DNA of 64,000 nucleotides from the NCBI RefSeq assembly GCF_902713615.1, contig NC_052162.1, positions 117,667,989 to 117,731,988 of the forward strand, written 5' to 3'. How positions within the stretch are numbered: position 1 is the stretch's first letter; every line of letters begins with the position of its first letter. Origin of the DNA: Scyliorhinus canicula (taxonomy: Eukaryota). The notes under the pieces were generated by a model that worked only from the letters and a program-made list of their open reading frames with translations, searched no databases and had not been told where the DNA came from. This document shows positions 23,495-36,278 of this stretch, piece by piece. Made by a program: the position numbers and the translations under genes.

Positions 23495-26195
23495 GTTTGG
23501 GCAGCAGAGGAAGGGAATGCAGAGCGAATGGTCGAGGCGATTCAGGGGGCAGTGGCACCTCTTTGCGGGACCCTGGAATGGTGGGAAAGTGCCTCGAGAT
23601 GCAGAGGGTGATGATCCGCGAAGTGGAGAAGGTGGGGACCGATCAGAGTGACCGTATTGTGCCGTTGGAGGCGGAGGTGGTGATCCTGGGGGAGTTGTGT
23701 AAGTCGCTGCGGTCTAAGGCGGAGGAGCAGGAGAACAGGTCCAGGTGGTAAAATCTGTGGATTATGGGTCTGTCAGAGGGAGTGGAGGGAATGAGTGCTA
23801 CGAGCTACGTTGCCAGGATGCTGGCCAAGTTGGTGGAGGAGAAGGTGTTGGACAAGGCCCCAGAGGTGGATCAGGCCCATTGGTCCCCGAGACAGAAGCT
23901 GAGAGTGGGGGAGCCGCCGTGGGAAGTGATTGTGCGGATGTACAAGTTCCAGGACAAAGAAAAGATCCTGCGGTGGGCCAGGGCACAGCAGGACTGTGAA
24001 TGGGAGGTGCCATATCGGCGAAAGGTCCGATTCGGGGTGCAGTACCCAGCCAGACTTTGGGTGATCTATGTAGTCCGGTGCTTGTTGCACGCGGCCACCT
24101 TTCTACGCAAGGCCAACGCGGGTTGTGTGGGGGGAAGGGATGGGGGAGTTGTTGGGGGTGGCCTTTGGGTGCAGTCACCACGGTACCAGGTAATGCCAGT
24201 GAACGGAAGTGTAGTGAAGCCGGGAGTGGGGGGGGGTGGTTAGCCAGTGTGGGAGGAGGGGGAGTAAGGGATGGGAGGGGGTACGGCGACATGGGAGGTA
24301 TGGAGGATGGGTTTGGTTCTGGGCAGGGTGGGGGAACCATCTTGGTTGGGCCCGGTTCAGTGTGGGGATGGGGGTGGGGGGGGTGGGGATGGGGGGGGGG
24401 GGGGGGGGGGCCCAATGGTGATGTTGGCGGACACTGGAGGCGGGGGGGGGGGGGGGGGGGGGGGGGAGGCGTAAGCCTCCAGTGAGAATCGTGACATGGA
24501 ATGTCCGCGGACTATATGGGCCGGTCAAGAGGTCCCGTATGTTTACACACCTGAAGTGTTTGGGAGCGGAGGTGATTTTCTTGCAGGAGACTCATCTCTG
24601 GGTGATAGGCCAGATAAGACTGATGAAGGGATGGATGGGTCAAGTGTTTCACTCGGGGTTTGATTCACAGTCAAAGGGGTGGCCATTTTGTTGAGCAAGA
24701 CAACAGGGTTTACGGGGGCCAGAGAGGTGTTGGACCTGGGGGGAGGTTTGTGATGGTGAGTGGTAGGTGAGAGGGGACGGCGGTGGTGTTGGTAAATGTG
24801 TATGCGCCCATTTGGCATGATATTGGTTTTGTAAAGAAGTTACTGGGAGCGATTCCGGACCTGGATTCTCAGCAGCTGATCATGGGAGTGGATTTTAATT
24901 GTGCCATGGAGATCGGGGAGGTCGAGCCCTAAGTCGATGGGAAGTTCGAGAATGATGAAAGAGCTCTGAAGGTTCTGGAAAGGATGGGAATGGTGTATCA
25001 GTGGAGGTTCGTGAACCCGGGAGAGAGGGAATATTCCTTCTTCTCGCATGTGTATAGGGTGTATTCCAGGCTTTTTTTGTAGTGAGCCGGTTGGTGCTGA
25101 TGGCGATGGTCGGACTGGAATCATGATCTCGGACCATCACCGCACTGGTTAGGTGTGAGGCTTTGATCGGGACAGGTGCAGAGACCGGGGTGGAGGATGA
25201 ATTCTCGGCTTTAGACTGATAAGAAATTCTGTGGGAAGGCGAGAGGAGCGATTAAGAACTAAGCTGAGCTCAGCCTGAACGGGGAGGTGCTGGCGGCCAT
25301 GTTGTGGGAAGCCGTGAAAGCGGTATCCGGGGAGAAATTACTTCATTTAAAGCCGACAGGGCGAGGGTGAGAAGGGAGAAGCACCGGTGGTTACTGGGTG
25401 AGTAGTGGGGGTGGGCAGGAGATACTCGGCGGCCCCCACGATGGAGTTGTTGGTAGAAAGGAAGACATTGCAGGGGCAGTTTGACAGATTGACGATGGGT
25501 GGGTAGGGTGGTGGGCAGCTGCAGAGGGTGAGGGTGCTGCAGTGTGAGCATGGGGAGAAGGCAAGGCGTAGGCTGGTCCACCATCTGCAGTATCAGGCAG
25601 CATCAAGGGAAATTCTGTAGGTGAAGGCGGCGAAGGGGGAGGTGGTATTAGACCCAAAAGGATAAATGAGGTGTTGAAGGCCTTCTACCAGGGGCTGTAT
25701 AGCGCTGAGTTGGTGGGGGAGGTGGCAGATGTGGGCAGTTCCTGGATGGGTTGGAGTTCCCGGAGTTGGAGGAGAGGTAGAGGCCAGCACTGAAGGAGCC
25801 ATTGGGGTTAAGGGAGGTAATGGAGTGTATTAGTAGGATGAAGGCGGGGTAGGCGATGGCTTTCCGACGGAATTTTATAAGCAGTTTATGACGGAGTTGC
25901 CCCTCCCCAGTTGTGTATGTTCAGCGAGGTGGTGGAAGAGGGAGAGTTGCCAGCTACGTTGGCGCAGTCATCGATCTCAGAAAAGAAGGACCCACCGGAG
26001 TGTGGGTCCTACAGGCCCATTTCGCTGTTAAACACGGACATGAAGGCCCCGGTGAAAGTGTTGCCGTGTAGGTAGGAGGGGTGTGTGCCGGTGGTGGTTT
26101 CCGAGGATCAAACGGATTTTGTGAAGGGGAGTTGGCTCTCCAGTAACATCAGGAGGTCACTGAATGTAATTATGACTCTGTGAAGGGGGTGAGAG
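23495..26195 (+). mobile_element. Degenerate L1 (ORF1 C-half, endonuclease, RT start)
   Basis: QENRSRW..GLSEGVEG, IVTWNVRGL..FLQETH, SDH, YRPISLLNTD; many stops and frameshifts. Confidence 0.85.
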
Positions 26196-26477
26196 CGTGG
26201 GTTTGATTGTTGTATGCATTCCCCATGACGCTGACACACGCACACACATGCCATAATCATCTTATCTATTGAATGGAAAAAGGCCTTAGGGATGTAGATC
26301 GGTAAGGATCCAAATAGGAAGAGGAACCTGGGCAGGACATTCACATTGATCATCTGCACCCTCCCGCCAGGGAAAGCGGGAGTCCATCCCATCTCTGTGG
26401 GCCATTTTTGACTTTGTCCGGCAGACTCACTCCTCCTGGGCTTTCCATCAGTAAATTAAATTCAACTTAGGTCGGGA

Positions 26478-26795
26478 GTGGGGTACAGTATTTAGCACTG
26501 CTGCCAGGGACCCAGGTTTGATTCCTTGAGTGGATGTCTGTGTGGCATTTGCACATTCTCCCTGTGTTTCCTCCGGGCACTCCGATTTTCTCCCACAGTC
26601 CAAAGATGTATAGCTAAAGTGGTTGGTCATGCTAAACTGCCCCTAATATCCAAAGATATGTAGGTTAGGCGGGTTGGCCATGATCGATGTACGGGGATAG
26701 GGTGGGGAATGGGTCTCAGTGAAGGGCTTTTTCTGAGGCTCAGTGCAGACCTGAGGGGTGAATGGCCTTCTGCACTATAGGAGATCTATGTCATC
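26478..26795 (+). mobile_element. V-SINE
   Basis: V-domain and tail, diverged. Confidence 0.75.
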
Positions 26796-27035
26796 TATGT
26801 TGTGTTCTTCATTTTAATTCGACTATGCTGTTAGTCTGTTTTGTAATATTTTGGGGTGTGTGACCTGCATTGTTATCCTTCTGTTTTTGTATAATCTTAC
26901 CCTCTTTCCCCACTCAATGTGTTAACCTGTTAGCTGGTTGTTCAATTGATCTGGCATTTCACATAGTGTCTCTGATCCCTAAAATATCCTGCTACAAATT
27001 AATTCTGCAATGTGTTGCTTGTATTTATGCGGCAA

Positions 27036-27908
27036 TATCTCTTGGGGAAACCAGCCCTTTAATTGTGAACATTGGGAAAGAGACCATCATTTAAGCCAGA
27101 CAAATAAATGTGTCAAGTTGAGGGAGCAAAGGATGTCAACGTCTGTAAGAGAGAGAGACCTGGGCCAAGCATTCCAGAGTCTGCACCCTCCCTGGATTCA
27201 CTTCCTTTCCCTTCAGTTGCTGCAAGCGACCAATTGAAGGTGAGAATGAGAAAAGAAATGGAAAGGGGGAGAAAAGAAAGTGTTTGACTCACAGATGTTG
27301 GAGACAGGGGGAGATTTCATCCAACTTCCGCTTTGTGACATCACAATGGCGCCCTGCCTCAATCAACCAATAGGAATCACCCTGTTCCGCGGTGTCGTCT
27401 CCGGGTTGCAGTGCGCAGGCGCAGACTCGGGAGGCCGACCCTCCCCTTTGTTCTCCCTCTGCCTGCACGTGTACCTCCTGGAACGAAGGTTTCTGACGGC
27501 TCCGGTCAGAGCGAGGAACCGCTCGGTGATCTCCGCGGGGGCCCCCCGGGATTGCGCATGTGCGAACGAGAGCCCGCCCACTATCTTTCCTGCTGAGGTG
27601 TTGACCAATTGAAGTATTGGAGGACCGGAAGGTCTCTGATCCTCCAGCCAATCAGAGCGTGGGGTTTGTGTGAGTGACAATTGAGATTCAGTGAGACGGA
27701 AGCTTCTTCCTTTCTCCAACATCTGTGAGTAAAACACTTTATTTTCTCCCCCTTTCCATTTTTTTCCTCATTCTCACCTTCAATTGGTCACTTGCAGCAA
27801 CTGAAGGGAAAGGAAGTGAATCCAGGGAGGGTGCAGACTGCAAAGCTTGGCCCAGGTCTCTCTCTCTCTCTCATCCTTTGCTCCCTCAGTTTGACACATT
27901 TATTTGTC
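27036..27908. promoter_or_regulatory. Bidirectional promoter cassette P2 with ~220-bp inverted arms (serves C and D)
   Basis: Arms ~27098-27320 and ~27690-27908 are reverse complements, each with a GTGAGT donor; core has NRF1 TGCGCAGGCGCA, YY1-like AATGGCG, and CCAAT 27605/27648 around ACCGGAAG. Confidence 0.8.
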
Positions 27909-28489
27909 GAGACTCTCTGAAGCTCAAATACGACAAATATAAACCATCCATGAGCCCGGCTGCTGCCCAGCCTGTAATATAACAGAGGGCTGGTTTCCCT
28001 CAGCTCGTTAGAGAAGCAGAGCGAGGCCAGCAGCGTTGGTTTAATTCCCGTAACGGCTGAAATTATTCATGAAGGCCCCACCTTCTCAAACCTGTCCCTC
28101 GCCTCAAACGGGAAAGCAGCCTCTGGTCATCTGGGGCTATGGTGACTTTACCTTTAGTATAATAATTGAATCAACTTGATATAATCCTCACCCAACCCGA
28201 AGCCTCTCAGTGTTTACACCAGATAATTCCACTCAACTTGAGCAAATGCTTTCAGTACACCGCTTTTACCAGACTCCTAAACGACCCTCTTATGGACTGA
28301 CCTTATTAACACTACATCTCTGTAGGCTTCACCTGTTGCCGGTGTTTATGTAGTTACGTTGTGTACCTTGTGTTGCCGTATTATGTATTTTCTTTTATTT
28401 CCTTTTTGTTTCATGTACTTAATGATCTGTTGAGCTGCTTGCAGAAAAATACTCTTCCCTGTACCTCGGTACACGGGACAATCAACAAA

Positions 28490-29375
28490 TCCAATCCAAG
28501 AGATCACCAGTCCATCCAGTGCATATTTCTGAAAAACTTGAATCACATTCAGCAACCTTTCAAAGTTGTGACTGGAAAATCTTTCCCGATAAACCCAGTC
28601 TGGTCCTCCTGCACAATTGTCGGAAGGATGTCCTCGAGCCTTCTCACCAAAACTTTAGATAGCAGTTTGAAGTGAAGATTCAAAAGAGGGATTGACCAAT
28701 AAGAGGTCCACTCCTCCGTGTCCTTGCCCGTCTTCAGAATCAAAGATATATAAGCATCACAGAGAGTTGCTGGCAGCATCCCCGAGTCAAAAGAGTGACA
28801 ATACATATCCACCAATGGATCTGACAACAAATCCTCAAATCCGCTATAATAATAATCTTTATTAGTGTCAGAAGTAGGCTGATATTAACACTGCAGTGAA
28901 GTTACTGTGAAAATCCCCTATCGCCACACTCCGGCGCCTGTTCGGGTACCATGAGGGAGAATTCAGAATATCCAAATTACCTAACAGCATGTCTTTCGGG
29001 ACTTGTGGAACGAATCTGGAGCACCCGGAGGAAACCCACACAGACAGGGAGAACGTGCAGACGTTGCATAGACAGAGACCCAAGCCAGGAATCGAATGCA
29101 GATCCCTGACGCCGTGAAACAACAATGCTAACCACTGTGCTACATGCCAAGGATTTGCTCGGTTTATTCCCAAACTTGTACAACCTCCTGAGTCAATAGG
29201 GAGTCCAAAACCACTCTTGCCATGTTAACCTCCTTTAGCGATCGCTTACTCGGGGCCTTTATATAATTCTCCTCGACCTTTGCCAAACAAATCTCCAGAC
29301 GTCGTTGGTGCTCCAGCTCCTGTACCTTTTATTAGTAGTGTAAGAAATGATCACCCCCTCCGCCCCCCCCCCCCC

Positions 29376-29407
<32 letters not shown>

Positions 29408-31960
29408 TTGGCATGAGCTATAGACATCTGGAGGGGGAAATGCAGGGAGAAATACCAGGGGCCAAGTTAAAGAAAAAGAAGAATTCAAATTCTTCCTCAA
29501 AATGTGTCGGAAATGACGTAACTCTTATCAGGGAGGCATCAAATCACCACTCCTGACCTTGGGGTGAGCCCTCGAGCAGGAACTCCAGAGAAATTAGGAG
29601 ATGGTCCACAATTACGATGTTTCCTGTGGTGCAGGAGGACACCAGGTGGAGGATTGTCCTCGGCTGAAATAAAATCATTGATTCTATTATGACTTTGATG
29701 TGGGGCTGGAAAGACGGTAAAATCTACACCCTTTGGTGCAAAGCTCTCCACATAACCCAACTCCTTACAAGCCTGGGCCACCGCCCGACCTTGCAGCATG
29801 GGGGGTGGGGGTTCCTGGTAACCAGGGGCTTATCTACCAGAGAATTTAAGTGGCCGTTGAAGTCTACTAAATCCACAAAAACCTTTGTAATGAACTTCAT
29901 AGAGTATTTTGGGGATCCCTAAACATTCATTATTGAAACAACATCTCCATGTATTGAACCTCTAATGATCACGTATCTACCTCTTTTGTCCTTTGTGCTG
30001 GTTTCAACCTTAAAAGTGATATTTTTATTAATAAGGATTTCCACACCCCTGCTACTTGATGAAAAGGTGGTGAAACACCCCTCCCCCCAATCCTGACTCA
30101 ATTTAAAGTGTTCCTCATCATCCAGATGGGTTTTCTGTAATTCATAGAATTTACAGTGCAGAAGGAGGCCATTCGGCCCATCGAGTCTGCACCGGCTCTT
30201 GGAATGTGCACCCTACCCAAGGTCCACACCTCCACCCTATCCCCATAACCCAGTAACCCCACCCAACACTCAAGGGCAATTTTGGACACTAAGGGCAATT
30301 TATCATGGCCAATCCACCTAACCTGCACATCTTTGTGACGCTGGGAGGAAACCGGAGCACCCAGAGGAAACCCATGCACACACGGTGAGGATGTGCAGAC
30401 TCCACACAGACAGTGACCCAAGCCGGAATCAAACCTGGGACGCTGGAGCTGTGAAGCGATTATGCTATCCACAATGCTACCATAATGAAGCTGTGTCGAA
30501 TTACTCCTTAAGAAAGGAGAGGATCTTTTTCCTTCTGACAAGGTGATGGATGCCCCGTACATTCCCTGAGAAAATTTGCAGATTAACTACCGCCGTTAGT
30601 TAGGCGACAGAGAGAACAGGAACAGATTTTCACACCGCAATCGGGCATGCGCCATTACCCCCTCCTCCAACTCACTTTACACCAGAGGCACCAAAGTTTC
30701 CCCAAACTGCTCCTTTCACAGATAAAAGCCCCGTCTGTACCAGAGTAGGATAAAGTCAACAACACATAAACCCTCCCATAATGACAAAAATACAAAAGAA
30801 TCACCACCACAATAGATCCAAGGGAACATTCCTCAATAAGACTGAGGACCTGGAGGATTAACCCCACGGCCAGAGTGTCGTTACCCTAAGGATAACTTCT
30901 CCAAAATGAGGAGAAGAAAAGAAGGGCCAACTGGGGAATGGGGATCGAATGTCCTCCCACATTTTACACCCACCCGTGAAGACCTGCATCCACCACCACC
31001 CACCCTTCGGCAATGGCGCCACTCGGTTCTGCCATGATTAACAATCAGATAATAGAAGAAAGATGATGGATAATAAGCACACGGCACATCTACCATAACT
31101 GAGATAAGATAATATGAGTCCCTGGAACACTCAAGGAGAAGATGACATTCAATCGGCGCTCACAGAATAACAACTCCCTTCAACAGGATAAAAGATAACA
31201 AATTCAGACAACAACACCATGATAGGGAAAGAGTCCAGATTAGAGCCTGAGTTCGTCTGAGCAGCAAACCATCCCTCCAAATCCTTGCCCTTCAAGGATT
31301 TAGCGACGGCCGAGGCAGTAGTCGGATTATTGAAAGACTTGACGGAGTTGTTGGATACAATTTTCAGGGTCATAGGATAAAGCGACATAATTCACTGTAA
31401 GGGGAGGTGGGAGCCAGGTTTCACCTCACCTGACCCGTCTACAGGACCCACCTCACCTGACTCGTCCCCAGGATCTTCTGGTGATCTTTCAAGTTGTGGA
31501 AGGGAATGATTCCAGGCCTGGGATGAAAACTATCCCTCAGCCTCAAAGACAGGATCCGATGCCCTTTCTAATTTAAAACACCCAGGCTTCATATCCAGCT
31601 GGAGAAAACGTGGCAGCTGGTCCTCGAAGAACCTTACGGGAGTCTCACCCTCCACACCTCCTGGCAGGCCGACGACTCGGATGTTCTTTCTCTGATCTTC
31701 AGTTCTCCAAGTCCTCCAGGACAACCCCCCCCACTCCTCCCTCTCCTCCCCCCCCCCCCCCCCCCCCCCCCAACCCTCTCAGCTGGTTTTCCAAGGATTT
31801 AAATCTTGCCTCCCCCGAGGAGGCATCTTGCTCAATATTCAGGATTCTCTCCTCAGGATCGTTGATCCTTTCCTTGGTGTTTTACAGTTCAGCCTCATGA
31901 ACTCACAGATATTGAACCAGCTCACTCAGCCTCTGGTCAATAACATGGAGAATGTCGCTG
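28490..31960 (-). mobile_element. Degenerate L1 with nested SINEs (28850-29147, 30140-30482)
   Basis: ORF1 KNIRVVGLPGGVEG; endonuclease SRGVEILINK..GRYVIIRG; RT DQTGFI. Confidence 0.8.
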
Positions 31961-32645
31961 ACATAGATCGGCCAATGATCCCATAGAATAGACGAGCAGG
32001 CTTGATGGGCCGAATGGCTGACTGCAGCTCCTATTTTTATGATTTCCGTGTCCATGACAGGATGCAGTGAGCATGGATCTGTCAATCAGCCTGAAGCAGC
32101 ACCTTCAGGAGAATTGGGAGGGTGAATATTAGATACAGCAGAGTGAGAATGGAGGGAGAGTGTGTGGGATGGAGATTTACAGCTTTTGGGGAATGAGAGA
32201 GGAAAGAATGTTCCAGAGAATCTCAAATTGTCTGTTCTGAATTTCTATCCTGTACTGACAGTGATGTCTTTTGTAAATTGTTTTCACACAATATTAGAAG
32301 AGGAGGAATTACAGACAGAAATCTCAAACGTCTCATCTCAATCTGACTGAGTCTCTCAATTCCTTGGAACTGAATATCATCAGACTTTTATTCGAGAAGG
32401 AGAAATGTTTGTCTGTTCTGTCGGCTTCAAAAGATTTTAAACATCAGTGTGACTGAAAAAGCATCGAGAGACACACACCCGAGTGAGAGTGTTCCAGAGC
32501 ACTGACTGGGAAGAGCTTTAACCAGTTACACAGCCTGAAAAATCATCACACCATTCGCAGCGGGGAGAGACCGTACACATGTTCTGTGTGTAGACGAGGC
32601 CTCAACTGATTGTCCGACCTGGAGAGACACAAGGACACCCCCACC

Positions 32646-33321
32646 CTGGAGAAACCGTGGAAATGTGGGGACTGTGGGAAGGGATACAGGGCTCCATCTG
32701 AGCTGGAAGCTCATCGGCGCAGTCACACTGGGGAGAGGCCGTTCACCTGCACTCAGTGTGAGAAGGGATTCGCTCAGTTATCCAGCCTGCAGAATCACCA
32801 GCGAGTTCACACTGGGGAGAGGCCGTTCACCTGCTCTCAGTGTGGGAAGGGATTCACTCAGTTGTCCACCCTGCGGATACACCAACGAGTTCACACTGGG
32901 GAGAGGCCGTTCACCTGCTCTCAGTGTGGGAAGGGATTCACTCAGTTGTCCACCCTGCGGATACACCAACGAGTTCACACTGGGGAGAGGCCGTTCACCT
33001 GCTCTCATTGTGAGAAGGGATTCACTCAGTTATACAGCCTGCAGACACACCAGCGAGTTCATACTGGGGAGAGGCCGTTCACCTGCCCTCAGTGTGAGAA
33101 GGGATTCACTCAGTTATCCAGCTTGCGGTCACACCAGCGAGTTCACACTGGGGGAAAAGCCGTTTACTTGCTCTCAGTGTGAGAAGGGATTTACTTACTT
33201 ATCCAACCTGCGGAGACACCAGCTTGTTCACACTGGGGAGAGACCGTTCACCTGCTCTCAGTGTGGGAAGGGATTCTGTGTTTCCTCGTCCCTGCAAAGA
33301 CACCAACAAGTTCACAATTGA
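32646..33321 (+). pseudogene. ZNF gene D, 8 fingers, probably disabled
   Basis: Family ATG replaced by CTG (32646); +1 frameshift in GGGGGAAAAG at ~33150; both acceptors mutated (tccat|GAC at 32055, cacaca|ATAT at ~32290). Confidence 0.8.
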
Positions 33322-33394
33322 TCACAGTGATGGATTCTGCTGTTATTGTTTCTGCTTCAATTACATCCAGGGCTGCATTTCGTTCTCTCTTCTC

Positions 33395-34110
33395 TTTCCA
33401 TCTCAGGGATTCTGAGACAGGAAAAGTGATGCAACCGCGGCGAACAAGAAAATTAAAAATCCATTAGCTCAAAGGAAGAGGCTCATAAAGTGGCAAAAGT
33501 AAGTGTAGGCTTAAGGATTGGCAACTTGTTTTCGAATTCAGCAAAGAAGGATCAATAAACTGATCAAGAGAAAAAAGAATATGAGAGCAAACTGGCGAGA
33601 AACATAAAAACCAACTGGAAAAGCTCCAACAGGAAGGTGAAAAGGAAAAGATTAGCAAAGGGCTATTCCAGACAGAGACAGGAGAGTTTATAATGGGGAA
33701 TACGGAAATGACAGAGAAACTAAACAATGTGTCTGTCTTCACGGAGGAAGATACAGATATTGTCCCAAAAACACGAGAGAACCAAGGGACTAGTGAACAT
33801 AAGGAACTGAAAGAGATTAGTATTGGTGAGAAAGTAGTGCTGGAGAAATTAATGTGGTTGAAAGTTAAATCCCCAAAAGCTGATGCTCTACATCCCAGAG
33901 TGTTGAAAGAAGCGGCTGTAAAGATAGTGGATACATTGGTGATCATCTTTCAAAATTCTCTAGATTCTGGAATGGTTCCTGCAGATTGGAAGGTGGTAAA
34001 TGTATCCCCACTATTTAAGGAGGGAGAGAGAAAACAGGGAACCACAGACCCATTAGCCTGACATCAGTAGGAAGGATGATGCTACAATCTATTATAAATG
34101 ATGTGATAAC
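33395..34110 (+). mobile_element. CR1 ORF2 internal fragment
   Basis: KSPKADALHPRVLKE..IFQNSLDSGMVPADWKVVNVSPLFK. Confidence 0.88.
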
Positions 34111-34111
34111 A

Positions 34112-35220
34112 TACGAATTAGGAGCAGGAGTAGGCCACTCGGCCCCTCGAGCCTGCCCCACCATTCAATAAGTTCACGGCTGATCTGATTGTAACCTCAA
34201 CTCCACATTCCCGACGACCCCCCGATAACCTTTCACCTTCTTATCAATAATCTATCCAGCTCTGCCTTAAAAATATTCACAGATTCTGCTTCCCCTGCCC
34301 TTTGAGGAAGAGAGTTCCAAAGACTCGCAACCCTCGGAGAGAAAAAGTTCTCCTCTGCTTTAAATGGGCAAGTTATTACTTTTAAATTGACTCCAATTTC
34401 TAGATTCTTCCACAAGAGGAAACATCCTTTCCACATCCACCCTGTCAAGGCCCCTCAAGGTCTTACATGGTCCAATCAAGTCACCTAAACTCCATCGGAC
34501 ACAAGCCCAGCCTGTCCAATCATTCCTCATAAGACCAGCCTCCAATTCCAGGTATGAGTCCAGTAAACCTTCTCTGAACTGCTTCCAACACATTGACATT
34601 ATTCCTTAAATGAGAGCAATACTGTACACAGTGCTCCAGATGTGGTCTCACCAATGTCCTGTATAACTGAAGCATAATCCCCCTACTTTTGTATTCAATT
34701 CCCCTCACAGTAAACAATAACATTCTATTAGCTTTCCTAATTACTTGCTGTACCTGTATACTCGCCTTTTGTGATTCATGCTCTTGGACACCCAGATCCC
34801 TCTGAATCTCAGAGCTCTGCAATCTCTCACCATTTAGATAATAAGCTTTTTTATTCTTTGTGCCAAAATGGACAATTTCACATTTTCCCACATAATACTA
34901 GATTTTACAGATCTTTTCCCACTCACTTAACCGATCTATATCCCTTTGTAACCTCATTATGTCTTCTTCACAATTTACTTTCCTACCTATCTTTGTATCA
35001 TTGGAACAGAGGAGCAGGAGTTGGCCATTCAGCCCGTTGAGCCTGCTCCACCATTCAATACGATCATGGCTGATCATCCACTTCAATGCCTTTTCCCCAC
35101 ACTATCCCCATATCCCTCTGTGTTATTGGGATTTAGAAATCTGTCAGTCTCTGCTTTAAACTCACTCAATGACTGAGCTTCCACAGCCGTCTGGGGTAGA
35201 GAATTCCAAAGATTCACAAC
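34112..35220 (-). mobile_element. CR1/HER1 3' fragments (two)
   Basis: DTKIG..LQRDIDRL..KCEIVHFG..LYRTLVRPHLEHCVQ; second 3' tail at 35000-35220. Confidence 0.88.
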
Positions 35221-35809
35221 TTGTAGATTTCTATTGATCAAATGATTGCCCTGTTCTATTCCTGTATCCGTGTCTGTTTATTTCCTTCAAAAGCCCATCC
35301 AATTTCCTTTTGGAAACATTCCAACATCTCCGCTTCTACCCCCTGGTAGGAAGTGCATTTCGGGTATTTCCCAAATACTGCCAAACTCTGGTTCAAGTCT
35401 TAAGATTTTCTTCAAATGTAAACAAGAATCAAAGGGCAAAGAAGGAGGCCATTAAGCCCACTATTCCCATGCTAGCTCTTTGAATGAACAATCTCATTGG
35501 TCCCATCACCCTGCAAGTTTATTTTCCTGCAGAATCTGTCCAGTTCCCTTTTGAAAGTTACAGTAGAATTTACTTCCTGCACCATTGTCAGGCAGTGAAT
35601 CCCAAATCACAACAAGTCATTCTGTTTTAAATCAAATACTTTCATGAGATACTGTGTTTGGATTTTCACAGGGTATTTGAAATGCAGTGAACGACATGGT
35701 TGTTACATAAAATCAAGTCTCAGTCTTCATGAGTGATCTTCGTGAGTGGACCGAGTGTGATATATCCAAGTTTGGGGACTAGTTCTAAAAATAAATTACA
35801 TTTATTTGA

Positions 35810-36135
35810 GCGGCACAATGGCATAGTAGTTAGCACTGTTGCCTCACAGCACTGGGGTCCCATGTTCAATTCTGGCCTTGGTCACTGTCTGTGTGGGGTT
35901 TGTACGTTCTCCCGTGTCTGTGTGGGTTTCCACTGAGTGCCTTGGTTTCCTCCCACAGTCCTAAGATGTATGGGTTAGGGGGATTGGCCCTGATAAATTG
36001 CCCCTCAGTGTCCAGGGATGTGCAGGTTAGGTTATGGGGTTACGGGTGAGTGGATATGGGTAGAGTGCTCTTTGGAAGAGTCGGTGCCGACACGATGGGC
36101 TGAATGGCCTCCTTCTGCACTCAAGGGATTCTATA
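35810..36135 (+). mobile_element. V-SINE
   Basis: tRNA head, V-domain and tail. Confidence 0.8.
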
Positions 36136-36278
36136 TCTATTTCGATAACACTTTTCATGACCACACAATCTCCTAAAGCCTTTGAAGTACTTTTGAAGTG
36201 TAGCCACTGTTGTAATGTCGGAAACTCTCGGTATGCCTCATTAATAATATTTTGTTTTAAAAATCAGTCGATCTTCGC

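Noticed and set aside
24220-24475. Pro/Gly-rich ORFs and G-quadruplex tracts
   Set aside because: G-homopolymer inter-ORF spacer of an L1, also seen in the other L1 copies
27036-27908. DNA transposon with long TIRs
   Set aside because: No TSD; the arms contain splice donors and occur singly in P3-P5 pointing toward ZNF genes, so they are better explained as gene 5' ends
32430-32612. Stop-codon readthrough or selenocysteine recoding of the conserved TGA codons in the leader
   Set aside because: A TAA is also shared, paralog-specific frameshifts occur throughout the leader, and no SECIS-like element was recognised
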